From Podarcis vaucheri (Eukaryota), in assembly GCA_965113315.1 (NCBI GenBank), contig OZ220376.1: a stretch of DNA of 64,000 nucleotides. The stretch is one strand, 5' to 3'. This document shows, in pieces, positions 40,648 through 54,245 of this stretch. How positions within the stretch are numbered: position 1 is the stretch's first letter; each line of letters starts with the position of its first letter. The notes below the pieces were generated by a model, which made no database searches, was not told the origin of the DNA, and was given only the letters and a program-made list of their open reading frames with translations. The position numbers and the translations under genes are program-made.

Positions 40648-43600
40648 ACGTATATAACGCATTTTAGCATACAACAGAATTTTGAAATATATATTAACAC
40701 AAATCAAAGATGTGTTTTGTGAAGTACACTTTCATTGTATGTTTGCAAGTAAAGCAAGTTATACAAAAAATGCTGTAAGTTTGCCCACATTCAGAGGAAG
40801 CCACACTGGGATTGTATCGCTCATGAAACTTCTACAGACTTGGGAAGTGGGGCCACCCAGAAACATAAGTAACAGAACGTCAACAAAAACCTTTAACATG
40901 ATAGTGGTAGCTTTTCAAGTCCCTTCTGTGATACCATCATTTCCACAGATTTTACCACCACTTTAAAGCTGGTCTATAAGGACTGCTGTTTTTCAACAGC
41001 TCAGAAAGGGCTGTGGCTGAAATAGAAGAGGTTTATGTATTTATTTTGCTGGCATCCCTTGTTAGCCCTGTCAAACATTTCTTGAAGGAATTTGCAAGCA
41101 GCCCTATTTTTAACAGCCACACTATATTATCTTCATTACACATGGAGCTGTTGGAACATTTCTGAAGATAGGTTTGACTTAGTGGAGGAGGGCCCAAGTG
41201 TCACCCACACGCCTGTTGGCTATCTCAGTTCTCAAAAGTTTGACTCCTATGCACTTGGGAGGGATCTCGGGGGAAGCTGCATTCTTCCTGTATTACATTG
41301 CTTTGTAGAAAGGTGATATGCTGAGTTTTTTTATGTGGTGTTTATTTTTACAATATGCTTCCTTAATATTAAACTAGCAAGACACCAGCATGAGGCAGGT
41401 GCAGTAGTAGCAGCAAGGGACCTATACATTACAGTCAAGGCTGTCTCCAGATTTGAGGAAGCCTTTGGCAAAGTGCCCTGTAGTTGTCCCTGCACTTTTG
41501 ACAGATGGCAGATTCAATTGCCCACAATGCTCCAAAGTGTCTGAATTACCATTGCTGCAGTGCACTGTGGGAAATTAAAATGTCCCTACAGGGCGTGTGT
41601 GCATGCGCCATTTTAATTTTCTACAATGGTCTTGAGTTATGCTACACTGGCCGAGCTGCATCGTTGTGGGAAATTTATATGTTTGCCCACTGCTACCACA
41701 GAAGCCTTCAGCCTGGGGTTCTGCCAAGATGCTGAGGTCTCACCATCTTGCCAAGTTTACTAGACCTGATTAAAGCATTTTCTGAGAAGAGGCATTACTC
41801 CACCACCCCGTGTAGTCCACCTCAGTGGAAAGCTGAATCACCAACAATGGATGGACATTTTGTTCCCAATGTCACTTCCCACAACTGCAACACTACACTT
41901 TCCTTCCATATGGTGAATGGCAACCATTCAGTTACATAAGACAAGTAAAATGCAAAATTTAAAGAGCACCACAGGGGAAAACCTACCTCTTGTCCTGGCT
42001 GACCAAGTGTTTATCTCTCCTTTAACCATTGCTATTCATTTACTTTGTCCCATAGGACTTAATAGAGACCCCTGAGAGTTGCCTACCCCTAATCTGAATA
42101 ATCTCACCCCTTCACCTGTATAGCAAAGGTATGTCACATCACAGCCATTTCCCCCAATGCTATTTACTTCATTGGGGTATCTTTCCATTTGTATAGCTCT
42201 CAAACTTGCCTCCTATCACGGACCACTTGAAAATTGCTGGGGGTCTTGGGTGGACCACTTAATCAACATTCATTGTCCTTGTTCTAATGAACAAAGCACA
42301 TACATAAACTGTATTTTAATAGCCCTGACTTTCTAAAGTGATGGAAAGTTCCGTAAAGTCTGGTGCAATTCCCGCCCCCCCCCCCCCAGTTTTAGAAGAG
42401 TCAAGTGGATATTCTCAACTGTTCCAAAAGCTTTCCATGGATCACATGAATGGGGATTTGTAGACCCCATTCATGTTTGATAACTTCTGGTAGAGTGTGT
42501 GGATGGAAAGCCCAAGATTTCATGTGAGAAGGTCCATCCTTTTCTCAACTGAGTCGGCTTTGGAGTTTCAATCTAGGTTACAGTCAGTGTCAACTCAGTA
42601 CATCAGTGCTATTAAGTTCTCTCACCAACAAATAGGAACGTGAGAGACCAAATTACAGAGCTTTCTACGATGCTGGCCAGACAGGATGTATTTCAGAATC
42701 CGTGACTTAGAAAATACTTCTATTTCATCATGCATATAATGCCATTAACCAAATAATTAACAGGAGAGGTGTCTATGGACGATGTGTGTTATCCAATAGA
42801 TTTTTCATCCTGACCTCTCTGCAGCTGCTCTTGTTATTTTAAGTTACATGTCCCCTAGCAAGCTTGGTAGACAGTGTATGTCACAAAAATGCCTCCTGGA
42901 AAATACAGATGAGTCATTGTCAAAAAAATCTCAAGGTCATTACTCTATACAGCAGCACACTAGTACAAGCTTTTGGACTTCTGTCCTTCTCTGGTAGTGA
43001 CCTCTGTCTTGAACATCACTGACCACTGCAGGAGGATACTTCTCAATGCAGTTTTATATTCTGCTGAGCATGACTGTTACCAAAAAAGGTTTTTGAAAGT
43101 ATGAGCATAGAGATTGTCCTTTCCCTCCCATCTCACAGAAATTTGCAACACAACCAAGTGGAACTCAGTTCACTTCACCTCACTATTTAAAAACAAGAAG
43201 CTGTCAGAGATAATCAGATGGTTTACTCAGTAAACTGCATGGACTCCTTAAAAGGGAAAGGAAGGCAAGATGACTAGCAGAACTGTGACCTTCTATTATC
43301 TGTTCTTCTGCTACATTAGACTTTGCTCTGGCAGTTTTAAACCACAATCCACTTACAAGAGCAGGACCATAGCAAATACCTTTGCGTGCATAAAGCCTCA
43401 GGTTCAATCCCTGGCAAGTTATAGGGTCTCAGGTAGTAGGGATGGGAAAGAGCCCTTCCTGGGGTCCTGAGAGCTACGATTAGTTAAGGGACAGCCTATA
43501 TTTGCACTTCTGCATTTGAAATGTAAGCTTAAGCATCCAACCTTTTGGCACAGGGATGGGGGAACCTGTGGCTCCTCAGATGTTTTTGGACTCCCATCAG

Positions 43601-44602
43601 CCCATAAAATGGCCAAAATCTGGTGGGCCACATGTTCCCCATCCTTTGAGAAGATGCATGTGCTCTAAAAGGGGACCACCTTTTTTGACGTCAGGGACTG
43701 CACTATACATACCAGTGGTAGCAGGCAAGGCCAACCAATAGGTGACAGCCCCTTCTCTCCTCTGCATTCATCCCTCTCATTCACACAAACACATCTATTC
43801 ACTCAAATGCACATCTTGCCCCATTCTTCCATCCTTTCCCTCTCTTCCATTCATTCTCTCTCTTCCGCTTTCTAGCACTATGTACACATCTTTGACTTAA
43901 GACACAGCAAGGTGCTTTCCCTAACATTGCATTTCAAGTAGCATTCATACATGGCTGCACACACTGGATGGTTTCTTCACCAGTGCGTTATTACCTTTTT
44001 GGTTTTCTTGCATGTACAATCCCCCCCAAACCCCCTTCTATTCATGAAGCTGTCTGTGCATGTGCAATGGCTATCTCAAATGTATATACCTCCACTTAAC
44101 TGCAAAGGGCATTTTCAAATTGGATGGAAGCTGTTTTGAGGGAAAATGTCTCGAACTGCCATGTTTCTCAAGAAACTATAGGCTAGATCTGGATTGTGGT
44201 TAACACCAAGTGTGCAGGGCTTCGAACAACAGCAGTGGGAGAGCACTAGAACCAGAATACCGGTAAATGGTTATGTGTACACAGCCTATGTTTGGGGGAG
44301 GCCAAATCAAAGCAGGTCACATGGGGACAGAGAACAGAGTTCTCACTTTTCAAACATAACAAAACAAGCCAGGAAAGAGGAACACAACCCACTTGTACTT
44401 CTTTTGTTGTTACCCGTGATAATATTGAAAGCACTCGAAACCCTCCTCCTAAAAACATTTTTTCTAACTGCCAGCTCTCCTTTTCTTCATGTGCAGCATA
44501 TGGCTGGATCCAACCCAGATGAAAAATGAATAGGTATAAATAACGATAGGAAAAATATCACAATGGTATACAGAACAATATTTTTGCTTTTGTATCCCGA
44601 TG

Positions 44603-44790
44603 AGAGCCAGTATGGTGTAGCGGTTAAGTGTGTCTGACTAGATCCAGTGAGACACAGGTTTGAAGTCTGTCACGTAGCTCCCTGGGCGACCTTGAGAAAG
44701 TCATCACCTCTCTTCTTAGCCAACTTAACAGGACTGTTGTCAAGATAAAGAGAGAGGATGAAAAACCATACCTGTCACCCTGTGCCCCTT
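44603..44790 (+). mobile_element. Old tRNA/CORE-type SINE (similar copy at ~57909-58060)
   Basis: GAGAGCCAGTATGGTGTAGCGGTTAAG head, degenerate B box and CORE-like body. Confidence 0.55.
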
Positions 44791-44969
44791 GGGACAGGTG
44801 GTGAGATTTAAGAAAAAGGTAATTAATAACGTTGAATGCATTTCAGGCTGCAATCCAACCGGGTTAAGGAAGGCATGCTGCTTTTAACATAACTGTGCTG
44901 AACAGTGACCTTTAAGTGCTTGCAGAATTGTGTCCACTGGTCCAAATAAAGATGCCTCAGAGCCTAGAT

Positions 44970-45090
44970 CAGGGTTTCCCAAAATTGGGTCTCCACCTGT
45001 GTTTGGACAACAACTCCCAGCAGAACCAGTGGACAGGGATGATGGGAATTGTAGTCCCAAAACAGCTGGAAACCCAAGTTTGGGAAACTG
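44970..45090. mobile_element. Short hAT-type MITE
   Basis: CAGGGTTTCCCAAAATTGGG / CCCAAGTTTGGGAAACTG termini; perfect 8-bp TSD GCCTAGAT. Confidence 0.75.
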
Positions 45091-47117
45091 GCCTAGATAA
45101 AACCTGTTCATTTCATATTTTTTTTTTCTAAAAGTAATATAAAACATGTTTATAAAAGAGGAAGACACATTCATTTTTAATGTTTAATACTTAATAAAGA
45201 AAAAAGTGCAAAGTCACAATAGCTTTAAACCATCACAGAAACACACACTGCATTTTAACCAACAAATACAAAAATGGCCTACAAAATCCCACCTGACATT
45301 AATCCACCCAATTTCAACATGTCTACGGCCTCTGAAAACACCTACTGTAGCAATCTTTTGCCTATGGCAGCCTTCTGCAACTCGTGCCCTCCAGACATTT
45401 TGAACTCCAATGCCCAGCACCCCCAGGCACCAGGTTAGGAGTGGCTGACCTAGAGCTACAGTTCTCACACTGCAACTCCAACACCTTTTCCATTTCACTT
45501 GCACATATATTGAATACTCCCATAACTTTGGCCCCAATCCAGTTAAAGTTGAAGCCAATGGAAAAAGTCAGTTACCACTAACTTGACTCCTTTTGCTTTA
45601 GATGGAATTAAGTCCTGCATAAGCTGGATCAGGGCCTGAGTTATTACATTAATGGCTATTAAAAAGCACTGGAAGAAAGTGTCACTTGAAGCAGAATTCA
45701 CTTCCCAAGTGTGCTTAAGATTGCAGCATTAAGGAGAAAAGTGCCCCACTTCTGAGGTAAACTACAAGCATATTCTACTGCATAACATTATACCCGCCCC
45801 CAACTTCCCACTGTTCATATTCAATTTAAAAAAAATGTTTGAATAAGCTCTGCCTGTGAGTAGAAACATTGCCTGAGGCAATGTTATTAATCTTTCTAGC
45901 TCGATGCTATTGCAACACAACTATTAAATAGGACAGACTGGCATATATGTGACAGGTTAGATCCTAGTAAGTTGTATTCTCTCTGGATAAAAACAAGCGA
46001 AACAGCAGCTTGTGCTAAGTGACGATTCAGTTTTAGGTGTAGAAAACCAGTAATGAAATATGCCTAAGATTCTAAGTTTGAATCTGTAAGTGCATGTCCA
46101 GCCTTAAGCATCCAGTTGCAAAATTCCTCTGGCAGAAGCCACAACTGCTTTGCATGCAGAAAATATCTGGAGCCTCATCTGTACTATACAAATGAAATAG
46201 ATTTCAATTATTTTTAATGTTTTAAACAGTTTTTTAAAATTGCTTTTTACTGTTAATATTGTTTTATTCTTTACTTTGTAAGCAGCTTTGAAGTTTTATT
46301 ACCATCGAACAGTATATAAATCTTATGAAATAAATACAGTTAAAGCAGTATCGTGCCGCTTTCAAAAGGCATGGCTTGCCCCAAAGGAAGTGTAGTTTGT
46401 TCAGGGTGCTGAGTCATTGAGAGACTGTTCCCCCAACAAAGCTGCAGTTAAATCACTCTGAGAATTACAACTTCATGAGGCCACTAGGCGTCTCCTAACA
46501 ACTCTCAACATGCTTAACACGCTACAACTCCCAGAATACTTTGGGGGGAAGCCATGACTGTTTCAAGTGGTACAATAGTGTTTTAAATGTACTGTATAGT
46601 GCAGATATGGTCTAGAAAGGCCTGGGACAGACTCATATGAAACTCCACAAAGCCACTTCCAGTCATGGTAGACCGTAGATAGGCAACTTGTGGCCATCAA
46701 CATGGTATGCAGCCCCCAATGCTTCCAAAGGCTGCCTGTCTTCCACCATATCAGTTTTTCCCTTCCTCTTTGGTATCTCTGGCATTCTCCATGGCTTTTA
46801 AAAGTGTTCCTCTGTCCTATATTTTATCAAAATAAATTGATGTATTTTTATTCCCACCCCACCCCAGCTGCTTGTGGGGGGGCGGGCGGGTGGGAAACAC
46901 CCCAGCTATCTGAGAACAAATTGGTAAGCTAATGCCATGTCTGTGACAAAGAGAGGGAGCAAGTTTAACACACTAAGGTAATAAAGGAATCACATTCCCT
47001 TCCTTTCTATGACACTGTTTAGGGAAGTTTTTAATGTTTGATTCTATTTTTAATATTCTGTTGGAATCTGCCCAGAGTGGTTGGGAAAACCCAGGCAGAT
47101 GGGCATGGTATAAACAA

Positions 47118-47155
<38 letters not shown>
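47118..47155. repeat. (ATT)n microsatellite, tail of an L2/SINE-like fragment
   Basis: Direct reading; preceded by CTGCCCAGAGTGG...GGGCATGGTATAAA. Confidence 0.8.
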
Positions 47156-48016
47156 GATGTATTTCAGAGTTACCCCCTCAAATGCTATGGGGCATACTTC
47201 TGAACAGACCTGAATAGGATCGGTACTTATTCTCTGAAGTAGCCATGGTGAAAATTGAAATGAGGGTGCTCTTCGTTCTGGTAAACTTTTGTCTCCAGCT
47301 CTGCCCATTGTCCACTCTGGCTCCACCCACTGCTGGTATGCAGCCCCTTACAGATCACCCCCTTGGCTAGAGAAGGGTTGCCCTCACCCCCTGGCAAGAG
47401 CAATTCTTAGCTAGAGTGGACTGAGTTGATATAAGACAGCATCGAATGTTCTCAAGTCCGATTCCTTTCTTCTTGGCCTGTTTAAAAGTCACCTATTTGC
47501 TGGCTTGGGTTCGTTTAAAAGGAGATCGAGCAAATTTGGGAAGGTTAGGTCTACCAATGGCTATGGACAGGATCACCAAATAGAGGAGAATCACAAGATC
47601 ATCACACCACTGCACCTCAGTTGCTGGTGTGTGTAACAAACGTTGAAGAGCGCCACTGCCTTGACATGCACTTCCCAGAGGCATCTGGTTGGCTACACGG
47701 AAGCAGACTGCTAGACTAGATGGATACCTGGTCTAATTTACAATCAAAACTTCAGCCTTTCGTGCGATTTTTAATTTCACACACCCCATCCTGCACCACA
47801 TGCAACGAAATGTAAGTCACACAGCTGTGGAAGCTTAAGAATCTAAGAAGAGCCCTGCAAGGACCCACCTAGTCAAAAAATTCTTTTTTCACAAGGGCCA
47901 ACCAAATGCCTACATTAAGCTTACATTTTGAGTTCATCTCAATTCTTGCCTATTGTGATTAGAAATAAATGTAAGAAAAATGCACATTCTGGGTGCATGA
48001 TATTTAATTTTTTATG

Positions 48017-48022
48017 TTTATT
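48017..48022 (-). terminator. Candidate SYNM polyadenylation signal (AATAAA)
   Basis: AATAAA on the minus strand ~1.2 kb after the stop, followed by ATTAAA and U/GU-rich sequence. Alternative AATAAA at 48228-48233 and 48792-48797. Confidence 0.4.
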
Positions 48023-48408
48023 TACCAGCACCAAATGTAGCTGCTCGCTCTTTCTTTCTTTTAGTGCTGAAGTATTATAGCACCCTTATCATTATGACAT
48101 AGCTTATAGCAACTGGATACAAGGCGTTTTAGCACAAGCTAATGGTGAGTGTGCTAAACTTTGCAACATCACAGCCCCATTTCAGCAAACAGTTGTGCAG
48201 GGACTCACTTTAAACAGGGTGGCCACTTTTTATTGATCCTGTTCCTGTGAATTTAAGAGCAGCCTGAAAAAAAGTCACTTAGGAGGTGAAGATTCTCCCC
48301 CTGCATTGTAACTCCATTTCTGTGAAAATGCTTAAAAGTGAGAGCCTTAATCCTAATCAAACTTGCATCGCTAGTAAAATATGCCCACCGTTTTAGAGGT
48401 GGTGGTTG

Positions 48409-48410
<2 letters not shown>

Positions 48411-48448
<38 letters not shown>
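48411..48448. repeat. (GT)n microsatellite in the probable SYNM 3'UTR
   Basis: Direct reading. Confidence 0.9.
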
Positions 48449-48452
<4 letters not shown>

Positions 48453-48529
48453 GAGAGAAATAAAACAAGGTATTAACCTATATGAATTCAACACATTTTC
48501 ACTCGTCTTCTGTTGCATCCATTTGGTTG

Positions 48530-48715
48530 GGAGAAGGACCAGAACTCAGTGGTAGAGCATGTGTAAAAAAGGTCTCAGGTTCAATCTCCAGCATTCTTCA
48601 GATACAGCTGGAAAGACTCTTGTCTAACCTGGAGAGCTGCTGCCTGTCTGTGCATGCAACACTGTGCTAGATAGACCAATGGTCTGACGTAGTATAAGGC
48701 AGCTTCCTATCTTCC
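48530..48715 (+). mobile_element. tRNA-derived SINE, antisense within the probable SYNM 3'UTR
   Basis: CTCAGTGGTAGAGCA (A box) and GGTTCAATCTCC (B box); 3' end GGTCTGAC...TATAAGGCAGCTTCCTAT shared with copies at ~57040-57195 and elsewhere. Confidence 0.65.
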
Positions 48716-49233
48716 TACTTGGTCACCTACTGAAAGGTACGGTATATTTGACAGATCAGCGATTAAGTGGGTTGCCTGGCAACACTATTCATTTATTTTT
48801 GCTATGTTTTTTTCCAACTGGTTTTGCGCAACTTTCAGTTTTAATAAATGGTTCCAAAAGTAAGTGAAACTTATCTGCATATGCCATAAAGACATTTTCT
48901 CCAGACAAGTCCCAGATGATTTAAATTGGATTGCTCTTGAATCCTTTTTAAAGCTGCTATAGTATCACAGCTTTCTAGACTTAGATGAGGTTGATGGTTT
49001 TCCTGTAGAGTCAAATACTCTCAGACTCAGGACCCAATGGCATTAGCAAAAGCAGACCTAGTGTTGTAACATGTGAACACATGTGCATTCAAAAGATCCT
49101 GCTTAAAAAAATACTCTTATATAACGTCATTGTTAATGGCTAAGTTAAAGGGAATCCCCCCCTTTTAAAGTCAGCTATATATAAATGGCAATCAAGATCC
49201 TAGATTTTTTTTTAAAAGTTGACAATATTCTTT

Positions 49234-52200
49234 TCAGAACCAAGGTCCATCGTCTTCTTCTTCCTCCTCCTCCTTCTCATTCAGATAAAGAACAGCCGTT
49301 TTCTTCTCATCAGAAATCACCGATCTTTGGTCTACCATCCTTTGAAGTTGAACAGTCTGATCAAATGTTGACTCCTCTAATCTTTGTTCACTATCTGTGT
49401 CCTTCTGATCATCTTTCATGGTGCCCTCCAGCTGTGAGGCAGCTGCTTTTTTCCTGTTCGGTACGAGAATGGTAGCATCTTGCCTTCCCCCTTCCACATT
49501 GGTTACATCCATCTGAAAGGTAAAAGACTTTTCCTTGGGTCCTATCTTTATATGCCCAACAGATTTGCTGCTTTCTGAGGGCCCATCTGTTGGGGATAGT
49601 TCTGCAGTGCCGACCCTCACTGTTTCAGAAATAGGGCCATGAAATATAATCTGTTCAGCGTGAGTTTCAGCTGGGCTGAGTCTGATGTGCCTCATTGATC
49701 TACTGACCTCCATGGAACCTCCTTCTTCCCAAATGTCTTCCCCAGGAGAACTGATCCCTGAAGATTCTGAAAGAGAGCCTTGGTAAACAACACGCTCACT
49801 GCTCAGAACTTCCTTCTGCCCCAATTTAATGTGTGTTACTAACCCTTCAGAAGAAAATGCCTGTCCCATTTCACTAAACTCTAGGTGCTGTTCGGAAGTG
49901 GGCACCTTAAAAACAATTTCCTCAGTTGTTACAAATGGTTTTGGACTTAATTTGATGTGCCGAACAGTGGTATTGGTATCTACCATCCCCTCCTTGAAAT
50001 GTTTGTCTGGAGAGCCACCAAATTCAGTTGCTTTGAGAAGAGATTCATCATATATAGTTTGGTCAGATATATGGGTGTCTTTTTGCCCTAGACGAATATG
50101 TCTCACTGTCTGTTCAGTCACAGTATGGCCTCCAGTGCTACTAAGCTCCACAAATCCTGAAAGGGGCTCTTCATATACAACTTGTTCAGTGTGTACTTGT
50201 TTGGGATCTATCCGAATGCGCCTTATCAAACTGCTGCTTTCTACTGGCCCTTTTGTCTGAGAAACAGCCTCACTGCTGCTGTTTGATGATAAGTCTGAAG
50301 CTGGCGCCTCAAAAACAGTTTCTTCAATAATTTGATTTGAACCCAAAGTAACGTGCTTAGAGGACCTAATTTCAGTAGAAAACTGCTCCTGCGTAGGACT
50401 TTCAGGGCCACTCATTTCCATGGTTTTATGAACAGGCCCTCTATAAATTATTTTTTCTGTGGTCTGAATTTCTTTAGGGCCAAGATTGAATTCTTTTGTG
50501 GACTGACTGATATCTGCAGATGCTTCAGTCTGAAAGCCACCTGAACCAAACTCCAGAGTTTCAGAAATAGGGCCTTCATATAAAACCTGCTCAGTTCTGT
50601 GAATTTCTGTTGGACCAACTACAATTTGCTGAAAATGTCTGTTAACGTCAAATGACCCTTGTGAAGAATATTCTCCTCCTCTATTAATTTCCATACTTTT
50701 GAAAACAGGGACCTGGTGGATAACTTGCTCGTTTGTATGATATTCCCTGGCATCACTGCTGCTTAGTTTGCTAGAGCTAGAAACCTCTTCTATAGTCCAA
50801 GGTGTGGAAGAAACATCTATGTCAACATTCTTTCTACCACCACTGTAGCTTTCTGACTCTTGCTTCCGGCGGTCATCAAAATCATCATCGCTTGGTAACT
50901 GTGTTGGCAACTTCATCTTGCCCAAAAGTTCTGCATTTAACTGGTCAGGGTTGAGCACCTGGGACAGATTGACTTCTGCGACTATTGTAACCAACCCCCC
51001 CTTTTTTGTGTCCTCCGTTTTTTTAATATCCACTTCTAGACTGCTAGCATCAGCTTGGCCCTCTTCTGTTAATGCAGAAAGCTCCTGTTTCACACTTTCT
51101 GGAAGGGTGTGATCAAGCTTTTCTAGTGCCTCTTTCAACTGAAGCTTTGGGTCCTTTGACTCCTGAGAAAAGAGATCCTTTATGGACTCCTGAAATTTTT
51201 GCGGGATTTTAATCTCTTTCTCAATAACAATGGATTCGGCATGAGCCACTTGCTCCTTTGGAACCTCCTCCTTTGAAATGTAGGCAGCTGTCCCTCCCCC
51301 CATCACTTGGTAAATCAGTTCTGGGGAGCCCATACCTTCATTTATCTTTGTTTGAGATCCCTGCAAGAATTGATCTTGCCAGGAATACTTAACTGTTGAT
51401 TCTTCTTCGATATGGATTTGACCATATAATGAGGCTTCTTCTTCACTCAAGGGGCGCTCCTCTGGAGTAGACACAAAATACTTTTCTTCATCAACTACAT
51501 CATCCCCCTCAGATACTTCTTCCACATGAGACACGATCACACTAGGTTGCTTCTGCTTAACATCTTTGATAGTACTTGTGGTAGCTCTATCTTCATCCCC
51601 ATGGTATAGATGCCTGGCCATATCAGGCAATGTATCTTCTACTTCCTCTACTTCAAACGGTGTTGAAAACTCCATTTCAGCTGTAGATTCCATTGGCTCC
51701 TCAACTATTTCAACTTTAACAGTCCTCTTGCCTTTGCCCCCCTTTCCTTTCACAAGATCTTCTATTACACCTTCATCTGGAATTCCCTTAATGTCTCCCA
51801 GAACTTTTTTAACATTTTTCTCTAAGGAAGATCCCAGGTCAAACTCATCAGAAATGTGCAATTCATCTTGAACTGTAGACTGTATATTGATCTCAGTCTT
51901 CACTTTTCCATTCTCTGAAATGTCTTTCTTTTCAATGGAGATGACTTTGAAATCAGAGGAATCTCCACCATCAGAAGGTTTCTGCACGAACCCTTTAAGA
52001 ATGTCAGAAACAATGGATTCTGCTATACTTTCTTGAAGTAAGGTGTCTATTTTGGAGCTCCCTTTTTCATCTTGGTTAGATTCTTTGACAAGTTTAAATG
52101 TGGTGTCATCCATCTGTTTCTCAACAGAAGGCTTCAAGTCTTGTAATGTTCTTTCTACGCTATTGTCTTTTAGTACTTGGCTGTGAGTATACACTTCTGA

Positions 52201-53156
52201 CGGGATAGGGATCTCAGCAGCTTCTTTACTTTGTGTTGCCATGCTCACATTTTTCTCCCTTTGAAATGAATGGCTTTCTTCCATCCTTGTATCTGTTGGA
52301 AGATTCTTCCCTGGTGTGTCCACTCTAATCCTTTCTTCCCATCTTACATAGCTTCCGGGCTTGGGTGCTTTATCTCCCAAAAGGCCGCTTCCCCTCATGT
52401 TATCCTTCATGGTAGATACTGTCTGCTTTTCTTCATTGATGCCTTCCTTAATTTCAGTCTTCTTTTCAAAGCTAACATTGATGGATTTCTTGTCGGTCTT
52501 CACAGTGGCAGAGTCTATCTTTTCCTTGGGCCATCTTTCGTTTCTCTCTCTTCCCTCCAGCAAAGCAGTTTTTTCCTCTTTCACTGGCTTGCTGTCTTTG
52601 ATCTGTTCACTCACTCTAGTCTGAGTTCCTTCTATGGTTCTCTCATATTTAGTTTCTTTAGAACTGGAACTTAGCCCAGAAGATGGAAAAATACCCACTT
52701 TCGCTCTTGCATTTTCAGAAATATTTGGACTTGTTGTGCCTTTCTGAATAGTTGTTGATTCTTTCAAAGACACAGTACTCCCAGCTTCAGTTTTCTGCCT
52801 TTCAGGAAACGTTCTTCGTTGAGCTTCTTTCCCCTGGCTAATAAGATAAGGTGGGGTAAATGTTCGGATCTCTCTCTGTTCTGTCATAGTTCTCTTGCGA
52901 GTTGTGTCCTTTGTGACGGCTGCAGAAGGGCGGTGTTCTGTCCTGAAGGCATCTCTTCTTAATGGTCTCCCAGGAGTCACTGTCTGCATTCCACCAGTTT
53001 TTGTTTGAGATGAATAAACTGCAGAGCTGCTAATATTTGTTACAGGGGATTTATATCTTGTGTCAACATTCTGGATTGCAGGAAAAGTTCTCCTTCCTTT
53101 CGCCTGTTGATAAGCTGAGTGGCGGTTGCTGTACTCATAAAGCTTGTTCCGGACAC
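49234..53156 (-). CDS. SYNM: Synemin giant last coding exon (tail domain, alpha/H-type, includes stop)
   Basis: Open for 3923 nt. Carries synemin tail motifs (FSTPFEVEEVED, LYGQIHIEEESTVKYSWQD, LKEALEKL, FTFQMDV, VQLQRMVDQRSVISDEKK...DDGPWF). Acceptor ggcag at 53158-53157, phase 1. Confidence 0.97.
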
Positions 53157-54245
53157 CTGCCGATAGATAAAACAAATGAAAATCATGGCTGTTAACATAG
53201 TATACTTAAGTAGTGTTCAAACACAGCCACACACAATTGGCAAAAATTTAATTACAGCATAGCATTAACACATCTAAGAAAAATGGGTGCTGCTTTGCAG
53301 TCAAACCATCCATTCCTGCTTATCTTTTCAAAACACAGATGACAAATGTGGACAACTGCATAATCCCAGGAGGTTTAATTTCTGTACAGTTCCTCACAAG
53401 GTCCCTACCGCATTGACCATCAAAGTAAATGAGATTTGCACCTGCAGAGCAACAAGCGATATTGGTGTGCAAACAGGATGAAATTCCATGAGAAACATTC
53501 CGTTCATAATTATTAACACCACTCAGCTAGGGAGCCCTAGTATTATGTGCTACTAATGGCTAATCCTAAACACACATTTCCAATTCTTTTCACAGTGGGC
53601 GCTAAAATCCATTAGGTAAAATCAGAGCTATGTGTATGCCACACTGATATTCTGTACACCTGCGAACCTTGGGGCTTCCAATGATGCCTCCCTCTTGGCC
53701 ATGGATAGTGCTATTTTGGCTAAGAACGTAAGAATAGTCCTGCTAGAGCAGAGTAGCAACCTATCCAGTCCAGCACTCCACTCTCACTGCGCCCACCCAA
53801 ACGGCCCTGGGGAACCTGCAAACATCACTCAAGGGCACTAGCGTTCTCTCTACCTGTGATTTCCAGCAACTGAGATTCAGAAGCATACTGCCTCCAACAT
53901 ACCGCCATTGATAGCCTTATCCTCCATGAATTAGTCTAATCCTCTTTTAAAGCCATTCAAGATGGTGGCCACCGTGCACTGCAGGGGATTTGATTAGATG
54001 ACCCTTAGGATCCCTTCCAACTCTACAATTCTATAATTGCTGCCTCTTTCAGAAGTGCATTCCACACAATACCTTTTATTATGTAACTTCTTTCACACCT
54101 TTTCTCTAAACTAAAAAGTCACCAATACCGTAACCCTTCTTCATAAGGGTTCCCCTTGGTCATTTTGGCATGGCATTTGTGCCTCAACATTAGAAATGGA
54201 GGGAATTGATGGTGATTTATAATTATTGATTCTACCTCCCCCTTA

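Noticed and set aside
41442-41540. CLQI*...APK resemblance to the TTC23 C-terminus
   Set aside because: The intervening sequence does not match, and as recalled the two motifs lie in different human exons; likely chance.
49829-52674. Plus-strand ORFs antisense to SYNM
   Set aside because: Shadow ORFs of the long coding exon.
53157-53175. ORF-track start (MFYLSA) of the 1313-aa ORF
   Set aside because: It lies in the intron's pyrimidine tract; the real exon starts after the AG at 53157 and is spliced to exon 3.
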